DNA from: a virus
Reading direction: 5' to 3' (one strand)
Virus record (IMG/VR): IMGVR_UViG_3300028573_000011
Location: 31,442-95,441 of that record
DNA: 64,000 nucleotides
Position 1 is the first letter of the stretch. Every line of letters starts with the position of its first letter. Of this stretch, positions 56,480 through 64,000 are shown piece by piece. The notes below the pieces were generated by a model, which ran no database searches, was not told the DNA's origin, and saw only the letters and a list, made by a program, of their open reading frames with translations. Position numbers and translations under genes: made by a program.

Positions 56480-56758
56480 TCAGGAGGCGGCCTGGGGCCG
56501 GGCCGGGCGGCGCGGCCGACCGTTGCGCCGGACGCCGTGCGCGCGCCGTTCGGCCTCGGTCATCAGGCCGACGGTGCTGCGGTAGGTGCCGCTGGTCGTA
56601 TCGACGAACCCGAAGGCGGCGTCCGGGCCGTAGCTGCGCCGGTGCCAGGGGCCGTGCTTGCGGGTCTGGTACCGCAGGTGGAGGACCAGCGGGAACGGTG
56701 CCGCGCGGAGCTGGTCGACGTCGGGGCGTTCGGCGGCGATGCGCCCGGACAGGCTCAC
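56480..56758 (-). CDS. hypothetical protein
   Basis: Coupled ORF. Confidence 0.45.
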   Translation of the reverse strand: MSLSGRIAAERPDVDQLRAAPFPLVLHLRYQTRKHGPWHRRSYGPDAAFGFVDTTSGTYRSTVGLMTEAERRAHGVRRNGRPRRPARPQAAS

Positions 56759-57145
56759 GAGGTGGCCTCGGACGGCGCGGCCGGGCTGCTGGTGGCCGGT
56801 TCGGTCTCCGCGGGGGCGGCCGCGGGCGGGGTGGTGGTGTCCGGGACGACCTTCGCGATGGTGTCGTGGTCCAGGACGTACTCGCCGGCGTGGAGGACGG
56901 CCGCCGTCGCGTCGTGGGCGGTGGTCTGCGCGTCGTGCTCGGCTTCGGCGACGATCGGCGCGGCGGCCGCTTCGGCGTCGTGCGCGACCGCGGCGGCGTC
57001 GGCCTCGGCTTCGGCAGCGACGGCCGGCGCGGCTCCGGTGATCCTCCCGAACAGGGAGCGGAAGCGGCCAGCCAGCTCGTGGCCTTCGCCTTCCAGCCGG
57101 TGCACGAGGTGCTCGAACTCGAGCACCAGGTCCTTCATGAACATG
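56755..57145 (-). CDS. Ala/Glu/His-rich hypothetical protein
   Basis: RBS GGAG before MFMKD; HDAE repeats. Confidence 0.6.
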
Positions 57146-57187
57146 CTGCTCCAGAGGTGAGAGGACGGTCCGCTGCCACGGCGGACG

Positions 57188-57415
57188 TCAGTCGTCGGGG
57201 TCAACGGGGTCTGCGGAGAAGCCCGGGCGCCGGTTCGTGCGCCGGGCGGAGCACAGTCGGGCGCCGTCGTTGTGCCACCAGCGCAGCTCGCCGCGCAGGG
57301 CCTCGCCGCCGCAGGCCGTGCAGACGCCGGTCTCCAGGTCGTCGAGCCAGTCGTCGAGGTCGGTGAACGGCGCGTCGAGTGCGTGCCAGGTTTCGAGGTC
57401 GGTCGCCGGGGCCAT
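57188..57415 (-). CDS. small Zn-ribbon protein
   Basis: RBS GGGGAGG; CTACGG...H..C. Confidence 0.55.
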   Translation of the reverse strand: MAPATDLETWHALDAPFTDLDDWLDDLETGVCTACGGEALRGELRWWHNDGARLCSARRTNRRPGFSADPVDPDD

Positions 57416-57458
57416 CGGCCCTCCCCAGGTGTGCGTCGGTCGGGGCCTACGTGGGATG

Positions 57459-57532
57459 TAGCGGCGGCAGGATTCGAACCTGCGGCCTCTGGGTTATGAG
57501 CCCAGCGAGCTGACCTGCTGCTCTACGCCGCC
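57459..57532 (-). tRNA. tRNA-Met (CAT), initiator-like
   Basis: Cloverleaf GGCGGCG/CGCCGCT, D stem GAGC/GCTC (A11-U24), anticodon arm CTGGG-CTCATAA-CCCAG with three G-C pairs, T-loop TTCGAAT; CCA not encoded. Confidence 0.93.
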
Positions 57533-57786
57533 ATGGTGGTGTGTCTCGGGTTGGGCCCGGTCGTTGAGGAGCTTGCGCAGTCCTGTGGGCAAGGCCCGGC
57601 GTGCGTGTTCCCTGGCGGGGTCCATCCACCGGTAGGGCCGGAAGCCGGGCTGCTGTCGGAGCGCCACGGGTCCGGCGAGGGAGGCGCTGCGCTGTGGGCC
57701 GCGGGTGTTGTACTCGATCTGTCCCTCGCGCGCCGGCGTCGGGTCCGGGCCCGCGGGGGTTGGCCAGTCGGTGTCGGGCCAGCGCA

Positions 57787-58011
57787 TCAGGCCGCGACCA
57801 CGAGGTAGCGGCGGTGGGCGCGCTCGCGGGTGGCCTTCTCGGCCTTGATGACGTCCAAAGCCCGGTACAGCGGCCAGCCGTGCTCGTCAGTCGCTGCGGC
57901 CTCGAGGTGGCCGCGTCGGACCCAGCTGCGGATGGTGGTGGCGGTGACCTGGGCTTCGCGGGCTGCTTCCCGAGCGGTCCACAGGGTGGTGGCGAGGTCG
58001 TCGTAGCCCAT
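57787..58011 (-). CDS. MerR/Xis-like HTH protein
   Basis: WTAREAAREAQVTATTIRSWVRRGHL...PLYR; RBS GGAGG. Confidence 0.8.
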   Translation of the reverse strand: MGYDDLATTLWTAREAAREAQVTATTIRSWVRRGHLEAAATDEHGWPLYRALDVIKAEKATRERAHRRYLVVAA

Positions 58012-58032
58012 CGGGTTCACCTCCGGGAACGC

Positions 58033-58064
58033 GAAAGCCCCGACCGGCGGGGGGTCGGGGCTTC
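58033..58064 (-). terminator. hairpin upstream of the HTH gene
   Basis: AAGCCCCGACC/GGTCGGGGCTT stem, followed by TCGCGTT on the minus strand. Confidence 0.6.
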
Positions 58065-58163
58065 GTGGTCTGGCTGCGGGCATAGCTCGCCTGCTGAGCG
58101 CCATGATGCGCGCAACACCGAGCGGTTGCAACCATGATCGGCCGATCGGCCGAACGCGGGTTC

Positions 58164-58829
58164 TCAGGCGAGCGCGGCGGCGGCCTCCTTGACGTACTCC
58201 TCGTACTCGCTCAGGCGCAGTCGCCGGCCGCACATCGCGCACTCGTAGGAGTCGTCGCCGGGTGCCAGGGCCAACGCGCGGTACTTGCAGCTGGGGCAGT
58301 CGATGTCGGCTCGCTTCGGGCGCTGGGGGTCGGCCTTGGCGATGCGCTGGACCTTCCAGTGCAGGCGCAGGATGGCGGTGCCGGGCGAGGTCTCGGGAAG
58401 GGCCGCTTCGGGGTGCTCGGTCAGCAGCCAGTCGCTGTTGGCGGTCAGGAAGCCGATCGCGGCGCGGATGGTTCCGGTCTGGGAGGGGTTGGCTTCCCGG
58501 GCCGAGAAGCGCCGCAGCCGTCGTGTGTCGTCTTCGAGGCCGGTGAGCACTTCGGCGACGGCGTCGGTGGTGAGCATCGCGGTCTGTCCGGGCCAGGGAG
58601 CGCTGTGTCCAGTGGGCCGGGCGCCGCTGCGGGCCGTCGTGCCGTGGAGCGCGTCGTCGCGGATGAGCGCCAGCAGCCCGGGGAGCTCGCTCAGGCAGTA
58701 GAGGACGATGTTGGTGTCGCGGCGGCACCACACCGGGCTGCCGTAGCGCGGCTGGGTGGTGGAGATGGGCGAGCCCTCACGCCATATGCGGTTGCAGGGG
58801 CCCGGGCAGACGGTGTGTGGGGTGGTCAC
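58164..58829 (-). CDS. Zn-ribbon protein, putative late-gene regulator
   Basis: CPGPC...CPSC...CAMC; last gene before the late region; RBS GGGAGG. Confidence 0.6.
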   Translation of the reverse strand: MTTPHTVCPGPCNRIWREGSPISTTQPRYGSPVWCRRDTNIVLYCLSELPGLLALIRDDALHGTTARSGARPTGHSAPWPGQTAMLTTDAVAEVLTGLEDDTRRLRRFSAREANPSQTGTIRAAIGFLTANSDWLLTEHPEAALPETSPGTAILRLHWKVQRIAKADPQRPKRADIDCPSCKYRALALAPGDDSYECAMCGRRLRLSEYEEYVKEAAAALA

Positions 58830-58885
58830 TGGCCCTCCCGTCGTTGCGAGTCTCCGCAGGTCTCTGCGTTGTTGATCATTGTAGG

Positions 58886-59242
58886 TCAAGGGTCTGTCAC
58901 GGGGGGTGCGGCGGGCGCGTCCGGGCCTGCCGTTCGGCAGCCGTCGCACGTCGTCTTGATCCAGCCGCTCGACGTTGGTCGGCCCGGCGCGCCGCAGAAC
59001 TCGCATGTCCGTAGGGACTCGGCTTCCGCGGCTTCGAGGAGCACCTCGGCGGCATCGGCGTCAACACCCAGCTCGTAGTCCAGGTAGATGCGCAGGGCAC
59101 CGAACTTCTCCTTGACCTGCCGTGCGACGTATCCAGGGGCCACACGCAGCAGCTCCTCGTGGAGCCGCGCGATGATCGGATGCCACCCGGACCCGACGTC
59201 CTGCACGTAGTCGGGTAGCTGCTGAGAGGGGTCGACAGTCAT
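58886..59242 (-). CDS. conserved phage hypothetical (QVKEKFG motif, Zn finger)
   Basis: GW...QVKEKFGALRIY...TCEFCG...GWIKT.C..C. Confidence 0.75.
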   Translation of the reverse strand: MTVDPSQQLPDYVQDVGSGWHPIIARLHEELLRVAPGYVARQVKEKFGALRIYLDYELGVDADAAEVLLEAAEAESLRTCEFCGAPGRPTSSGWIKTTCDGCRTAGPDAPAAPPVTDP

Positions 59243-59700
59243 CGGTGTCTCCGGCGGTTCCTGTGCTTGGTGCGGCGCCGGTAGTCGCGGCCGGCGGGGT
59301 GTGGGGTGCTGTTGCAGCGGCAGTCACCGTGGCCGGAGTAGCGGCGTGGGACGCCGATCGTTTCAGCCACGGTCAGGAGTACGCGGCGCAGCTCGAAGGG
59401 CGTCACCCCTTCCTGCGGTGCTAGCTGCTCGCTGGCTCGGCGCATCGCCAGCCATTCGTGCCAGTCCTGCTCGAGGGACTTCGCTGTCGTCCGGTGGTAG
59501 GCCCAGAAGTCATCGAGTTCGGCTTGGGTCTGGCGATCGCTGAGCCCGAACCGAAGGAGCGACAGCCGCATCTCATCGACAGCAGCTGCTGCCTGCCCGG
59601 CGGACCGGCCGAGCATCGACGTTGCGGCGGCGAACTGGGCGAGCATCAGTCCCGCCATCGAGGACGGCGGTTCAGGGAGCCACCAGACGTCGAGCGTCAC
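59239..59700 (-). CDS. hypothetical protein
   Basis: Coupled ORF, basic C-terminus. Confidence 0.5.
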   Translation of the reverse strand: MTLDVWWLPEPPSSMAGLMLAQFAAATSMLGRSAGQAAAAVDEMRLSLLRFGLSDRQTQAELDDFWAYHRTTAKSLEQDWHEWLAMRRASEQLAPQEGVTPFELRRVLLTVAETIGVPRRYSGHGDCRCNSTPHPAGRDYRRRTKHRNRRRHR

Positions 59701-59716
59701 GGGTGCGTCCTCACGG

Positions 59717-60616
59717 TCAGAAGTCGCCGTAGTCGACTTGCAGGCACCTCAGGCCGAGGCGGCGCCACAGTCGGACCACGCGGTCGCGGTCGTCCAGGAC
59801 GAGGTGCACCGCGTAGTTCTCGCGCACGTGGGCGTCGAAGAGCTCGCCCTTGACGATGTCGTCTGGCCGGACGTCGCCGGCCCGGCGCATCCAAAGCGCG
59901 TGGTAGGGGACGCTGTGCTTGTCGAGCCAGCGCTTGGTGTGCTCGGCCACGCTGTCCGGGCGTCCCGACATCAGCACGATCCGGTCGCCAGCTGCGTGGC
60001 ACAGACGGACGAGGCGGGCCACGTCCTCGTGGAGCAGGTCGGTTTCGCACAGGTCGTAGGCGTGGGGGCCGCGGCCGCTGTTGTCCGCGAGGGTGCCGTC
60101 GAGGTCGCAGATGATGGCCGGTGGGAGGGTGTAGTCGGGCTGATACGGGGCGAAGATCGGCCTGTCGTTCAGCTGGTCGGCGGTCAGGCAGCGGCTGCGC
60201 TTGGCGCGCTGGGCCATCCCGCGGATCACTTCCTCGCCGACGGAGGCCCTGCGCACGGCGTCGCGCCTGATGCACTCCTCGATCGGGACGTGGGTGAAGC
60301 TGTGCACGACGAAGGTGGCATCCCGGCCGGCCAGGAGGTTCTTGTATCTGCGGGGAAGCCGGGAGGTCATGTGCGTGTTGTCGATCACGACGTCGAAGCC
60401 GTCGTCGACGGCAGCGAGGATCGCGGCGTCCTGGACGCGCAGGACGGTCTCCTCGTGGTCGGTCCGGAAGGATCCGTCGTGGCGGTCCATCATCCGCCGC
60501 AGATCGTCCAGGTTGACCCGACGGACCCGGCCGGCGGACTCCTCGACGAGCCGCAGCGCGAAGGTGCTTTTCCCGGATGCGGGCAGGCCGGTGGTGAGGT
60601 GGATCATGGACGTCAT
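59717..60616 (-). CDS. polynucleotide 5'-kinase/3'-phosphatase (T4 Pnkp-like)
   Basis: P-loop GLPASGKST, NLDDLR; HAD motif DLDGTL; C-terminal DDR. Confidence 0.92.
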   Translation of the reverse strand: MTSMIHLTTGLPASGKSTFALRLVEESAGRVRRVNLDDLRRMMDRHDGSFRTDHEETVLRVQDAAILAAVDDGFDVVIDNTHMTSRLPRRYKNLLAGRDATFVVHSFTHVPIEECIRRDAVRRASVGEEVIRGMAQRAKRSRCLTADQLNDRPIFAPYQPDYTLPPAIICDLDGTLADNSGRGPHAYDLCETDLLHEDVARLVRLCHAAGDRIVLMSGRPDSVAEHTKRWLDKHSVPYHALWMRRAGDVRPDDIVKGELFDAHVRENYAVHLVLDDRDRVVRLWRRLGLRCLQVDYGDF

Positions 60617-61296
60617 GAGGTGGGCTCCTGGTAGTAGTGGGCGCGGACCGCCAGGAGCCACCGCTCGACGGTCTCGGTGTCGGGTTTGTCCGGCAGCGGC
60701 GAGCCCGCCGCGCCCATGCGGTTCTCGGCCTCCTCGATGAGGAGCCGGCCGGTGAGCGGGTCGGCAACGATCGTCCGGCCGATGGCCCGGATCTGTTCGG
60801 GGTCGGCGACCTGGATGGCGAGGTGGCCGGTGGTGTACAGCTGCTCGCCCTGCTGGACGAGTCGGACCAGGTGCCGGGCGTGCTTTTCTGCCCGGCGCAC
60901 TGGGATGTCGGCGGAGAAGGAGCCGTCGCCGCGGCGGATGAGTTTCGTGAGCTGCTGGTGGGCGTAGCCGAGGTAGGCACTGCGGACGGCGGGCGCGGAT
61001 AGGAAGGCGCGGCGGATGGCGATGAGCCTTTCCCCGAGCGGCGTCGTGTTCTCATAGTGCTTCAGCCACATCAGCTCGCCGACGGTCGGGTTGCCGCCGA
61101 GGGCCAGGCGGCAGAATTTCCCGGCCTCGTGGAGCGTCTGGTCGGGGGCGGTGGTGACGTCGGACTCTCTCGGCCGGGTCAGCCCGTGGAACGCGATGGT
61201 GGGGGCGGCAAAAACTCCGAGCCGGTCGACGTCGGAGTCCGGGCCGTCCAGTCCGTACGCGGTGGACCCAACCACGCCAGCGAGGAGGACGTCCAT
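60613..61296 (-). CDS. RlaP-like pol-beta superfamily nucleotidyltransferase
   Basis: GSTAYGL...DSDVD.LGVF; GNPT..E; KHARHLVRL. Confidence 0.85.
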   Translation of the reverse strand: MDVLLAGVVGSTAYGLDGPDSDVDRLGVFAAPTIAFHGLTRPRESDVTTAPDQTLHEAGKFCRLALGGNPTVGELMWLKHYENTTPLGERLIAIRRAFLSAPAVRSAYLGYAHQQLTKLIRRGDGSFSADIPVRRAEKHARHLVRLVQQGEQLYTTGHLAIQVADPEQIRAIGRTIVADPLTGRLLIEEAENRMGAAGSPLPDKPDTETVERWLLAVRAHYYQEPTS

Positions 61297-62585
61297 CAGC
61301 GGTCCTGGTCGTCGCGGAACGGGTTGGTAGCCGACGGTCGGACCGCGCGCCAGACGTGCGGCCCGGTGTCGCGGTCGTCATAGCGCAGGAAGAGCCCGGA
61401 TCGGATCACCGGGTCGGCGACGAGCTGCTGCGCAGCGACGGCGAACGCTGCCCGGCGGCCCTTGGGGGTGGGGTCCTTGGGCTTGGCGGCGCTCATGACG
61501 GCGACCAGGGTGTTGCTGATGGTCGCGGACATGCGCCAGTACTGGTCGTCGAGCTCGTCGACGACGGACCGGACCCACTGGTCGAACTCGTCCGGCACGT
61601 CGACCAGCAGCGCTGCGAGCGCGCCGGCGTCGACGGTGGCCAGTCGCGCGGCTTCGGCCTTGGACACGCCGATCGTCTGGGCGAGGCGCACGGCGTCGAG
61701 TTCGGCGAAGCGCTGGGCGCCGTAGGCCCGCCAGACATCGACGGCGTTGGTGCCGGTCAGACGCTTGTGGAGCCGGACGTACTCGCCGACCTTGACCTTG
61801 ACGCGCAGGCCGCCGACGTATCGAATTACCCAGCCCTCTGCGTTGGTGCCGGTTGCTGTCGATCCGTCGAGCAGCCGGTCTTCCTGCGCGGCGCGTACCA
61901 GCTCGGGCAGCATGGCCGGCGGCCAGGACCTGATCACGCGGCCGCCGAGGGCCTGCCACATCTCGGCGTAGTCCTCAAGGCGCTGCTCGGTTCCGTCCGG
62001 GGCGTAGACGGCCAGGAGCACGAGGGTGCGTTCGCCGCGGTAGTCGACGACGATGCGGTTCTCCGGGTACACGATCTCGGTGACGTAGGTATGGCCCGGG
62101 ATGAGGAGGCCGCTGGGCTCGGTGTCGTCGAGCCACTGCTGTGCCCACGTGGCCTGGTCGGAATAGAAGGAGCCCTTCGTGGCGACGCGCCACTTGCCCT
62201 CGTACCAGAAGACGGTACCCAGGGAGCCGTCGGCCTTGTCGTAGACCCGGTGGGGCGTCTCGTTCGGCAACGGGGGCGCGAAGGGATGCCCTTGGCCGTG
62301 CTGGTCGTGGTTGAAGAACTTCGGCATGCACCAGCCGACGATGCGGCCGCTCGGCTGCTCAACGACCAAGCCGCGGCAGCGGGTGGTGACGCGGTTCCAG
62401 CGCTGTTCGTACTGGCAGGCGCGGCTGTAGGTGTAGATCGTCAGTGGCAGCGAGTCGTGGTGACTGACGCGCACGTAGCCAGCGGTGATCTCCGCGTTCA
62501 GCTCCTCGAGGTGGAACAGCTCGTTCATTATGACGTCGCGGTCGGTGCCGAGGGCGAGCTCGGGATCGATGTCGAGGGTCTTCAT
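61296..62585 (-). CDS. ATP-dependent RNA ligase (T4 Rnl1-like)
   Basis: CRGLV, KFFN, motif I KADGSL, EIVYPENRIVVDY, EGWV, RVKVK. Confidence 0.92.
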   Translation of the reverse strand: MKTLDIDPELALGTDRDVIMNELFHLEELNAEITAGYVRVSHHDSLPLTIYTYSRACQYEQRWNRVTTRCRGLVVEQPSGRIVGWCMPKFFNHDQHGQGHPFAPPLPNETPHRVYDKADGSLGTVFWYEGKWRVATKGSFYSDQATWAQQWLDDTEPSGLLIPGHTYVTEIVYPENRIVVDYRGERTLVLLAVYAPDGTEQRLEDYAEMWQALGGRVIRSWPPAMLPELVRAAQEDRLLDGSTATGTNAEGWVIRYVGGLRVKVKVGEYVRLHKRLTGTNAVDVWRAYGAQRFAELDAVRLAQTIGVSKAEAARLATVDAGALAALLVDVPDEFDQWVRSVVDELDDQYWRMSATISNTLVAVMSAAKPKDPTPKGRRAAFAVAAQQLVADPVIRSGLFLRYDDRDTGPHVWRAVRPSATNPFRDDQDR

Positions 62586-62968
62586 CAGATCTCGCTTCGG
62601 AGTCGGTGCAGGCGCTGCGTGGTCCAGCAGCCGGATTCGGAGCCACTGATCGTGACCTCCAGGCGCCCATCGCCCGGCGGCACTCGTCGGGCGGCTGCCA
62701 AGAGCCGCACCCAGTCAACGACGATCCAGCGCGGTTCGTCGTGGGCGTCGTGGCCGTCGTCGCCGGCGGTCTTGTTGCCGGGGCAGCACAGCTCGATCAG
62801 CGGGTACGAGTACTGACCGATCAGCAGGTCGCAACGCGAGTGATCAGTCAGGCCGTGGTGGTGTGGATCCCGCGCGACCGTGATCGCGGCTTCATGGCTG
62901 CCGAACTCTCGATCAGTGCGAATCGCGGGGTCGTGGCTCAGGCACAGAATGCGGTAGGTACTGCTCAT
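62585..62968 (-). CDS. hypothetical protein (Cys/His motif)
   Basis: MSSTYRILCLSHDPAI...H..CDL...YSYPLIE.CCP. Confidence 0.65.
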   Translation of the reverse strand: MSSTYRILCLSHDPAIRTDREFGSHEAAITVARDPHHHGLTDHSRCDLLIGQYSYPLIELCCPGNKTAGDDGHDAHDEPRWIVVDWVRLLAAARRVPPGDGRLEVTISGSESGCWTTQRLHRLRSEI

Positions 62969-62993
62969 GGTGGGCTGATCCTTCGGGCGTTGA

Positions 62994-63614
62994 TCACGTC
63001 GTCGGTGCGCCAGCGGTAGCTGCAGCTGCGGCGCCGGCGGGGATGTGGGTCCAGCCGTCATGCCGGATCACGCGGCCGACGGTGGACGCGCTGATGCCGA
63101 ACTCGGCCGCGAGGTCGGCCTGGCGGACGACGCCGCGGACGTATCGCGCGCGGATCGCCCGGACGGCGTCGTCGGTGAGCCGGTGGTAACCGTTGGCCTC
63201 GCCCGGACCGCTGGCGCCGCTCTTCCGCAGGCCGCGACGGGTGTAGCGGTACCGACCGCTGCGCATGTACGGGTGCATGCCGCGGTCGACGGCGTCCTGG
63301 GAATTTTCGCGCTGCGTCTTGGCTTCCAGGTGGTCTGGGTTGCAGCAGGGTCGCCAGTCGCAGCGGTGCGCGACGACCTCGCGCGGGCCGAGGTCGCGTC
63401 CGCGCGAGATCCGAAAGGCGAGCCGCGAGGCGAGCTCCTTGTAGCGCACGCCCTTGACACGCCACCAGAATGCGCCGCGCTTGAGGGTGCGCCAGGGCCA
63501 GCATTCGTCCGGGGCGCCGATGAGGACGTAGCCCCAGAAGCGCTCGACGTCGGCCTTCGACGGTGGCGGCGGGCTGGGGCGCCAGTACCGGTATGGTGCC
63601 TCCGCCGTGGCCAT
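62994..63614 (-). CDS. HNH endonuclease with C-terminal HTH
   Basis: RFW...CWPW...AHRCD...CCNPDHL...T.REN..D; C-terminal QADLAAEFGISASTV. Confidence 0.85.
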   Translation of the reverse strand: MATAEAPYRYWRPSPPPPSKADVERFWGYVLIGAPDECWPWRTLKRGAFWWRVKGVRYKELASRLAFRISRGRDLGPREVVAHRCDWRPCCNPDHLEAKTQRENSQDAVDRGMHPYMRSGRYRYTRRGLRKSGASGPGEANGYHRLTDDAVRAIRARYVRGVVRQADLAAEFGISASTVGRVIRHDGWTHIPAGAAAAATAGAPTT

Positions 63615-64000
63615 CAGTCTGCTGTCCCGGTCTCCCAGGGCCAGGTGGCCTTGCGGTGGGACTCGAGTAGCGGGATGACGCGGAACAGCTCGTCGGTCAG
63701 GCCGCCGAAGGTGTGGCGGTGGGCTGTGCCAGCGGGGGCGTGCCCGGCCTGGTAGCCCGCGAGGTTCGCCGTGTACATCGGGATGTTGGCCGGGATCGCC
63801 CGGTCGACCGAGACGGCGGTGGTGCCGTCGGTTGCCTGTTCGTCGGTGAGGACGATGACGCGGTCGTGGTCGCGGTACTCCTTGCGCAGGGCGGCTGCGG
63901 TCTCGGTGCCGCCGCCGAGGAAGAAGCCGCTGTTCGCCCACCGGTCCAGTGAGCGCAGCACGGACTCGCCGGGCAGGATCGTGAAGTGCTTGGTGTGGGC
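63614..64000 (-). CDS. Ro60/TROVE-domain protein, C-terminal vWA part (5' end outside window)
   Basis: GGGTETA...HDRVIVLTDEQ...YTANLAGY..GH...HTFGGLTD..F...WPW matches actinobacterial TROVE C-termini as I recall them. Confidence 0.75.
   Translation of the reverse strand, partial: AHTKHFTILPGESVLRSLDRWANSGFFLGGGTETAAALRKEYRDHDRVIVLTDEQATDGTTAVSVDRAIPANIPMYTANLAGYQAGHAPAGTAHRHTFGGLTDELFRVIPLLESHRKATWPWETGTAD

Larger units (their letters stand above)
1..64000. mobile_element. Temperate siphovirus genome segment (actinomycete host), both ends beyond the window
   Basis: Continuous phage modules: integrase/attP, repressor/cro, recombination, replication, terminase-portal-capsid-tail-lysis. No host housekeeping genes recognised. 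Confidence 0.93.

Noticed and set aside
57533-57787. Y RNA upstream of the tRNA, expected with Ro60
   Set aside because: I could not identify a Ro-binding stem or a tRNA-like domain by eye, and the region reads as an ORF. A covariance search is needed, and the Y RNA may lie outside the window.
62994-63614. Intron-encoded homing endonuclease
   Set aside because: The TROVE gene ends normally (WPW...stop) and the HNH is coupled as a free-standing gene; no split gene is evident.

Overview
The whole 64 kb window looks like one high-GC temperate siphovirus of a filamentous actinomycete, with no recognisable host housekeeping genes. Almost all genes are on the minus strand. Reading right to left: a Ro60/TROVE gene cut off by the window edge, HNH, an RNA-repair block (Rnl1 ligase, RlaP-type nucleotidyltransferase, Pnkp), a Zn-ribbon/HTH regulator pair and tRNA-Met(CAT). 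Next come a tailspike-like gene, terminase, portal, head, tail and GH25 lysis genes, then a cargo island (XRE-TPR + HFCD flavoprotein, tandem-HxlR regulator + cytochrome P450). A tyrosine integrase sits beside an apparently intact attP (tRNA-Leu 3' end core with arm repeats on both sides), so this is probably the free/excised form or a tandem-prophage junction. The early region has the repressor/cro switch, xis, a RecE-like exonuclease and partner, a BldN-like ECF sigma, a truncated WhiH-like GntR, a C5 methyltransferase, RusA and a wHTH-alphaCTD fusion. It continues with a replication initiator carrying 8 internal iterons and DnaA boxes, a receiver-less WhiI-like LuxR protein, and three tandem DUF6745-like paralogs with one partner. 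The most notable candidates are a phage-encoded set of sporulation-regulator mimics (BldN/WhiH/WhiI-like plus alphaCTD), the Ro60-linked RNA-repair operon, the DUF6745 array and a protamine-like repeat protein in the virion operon. All family assignments come from motif recognition by eye, not database searches.
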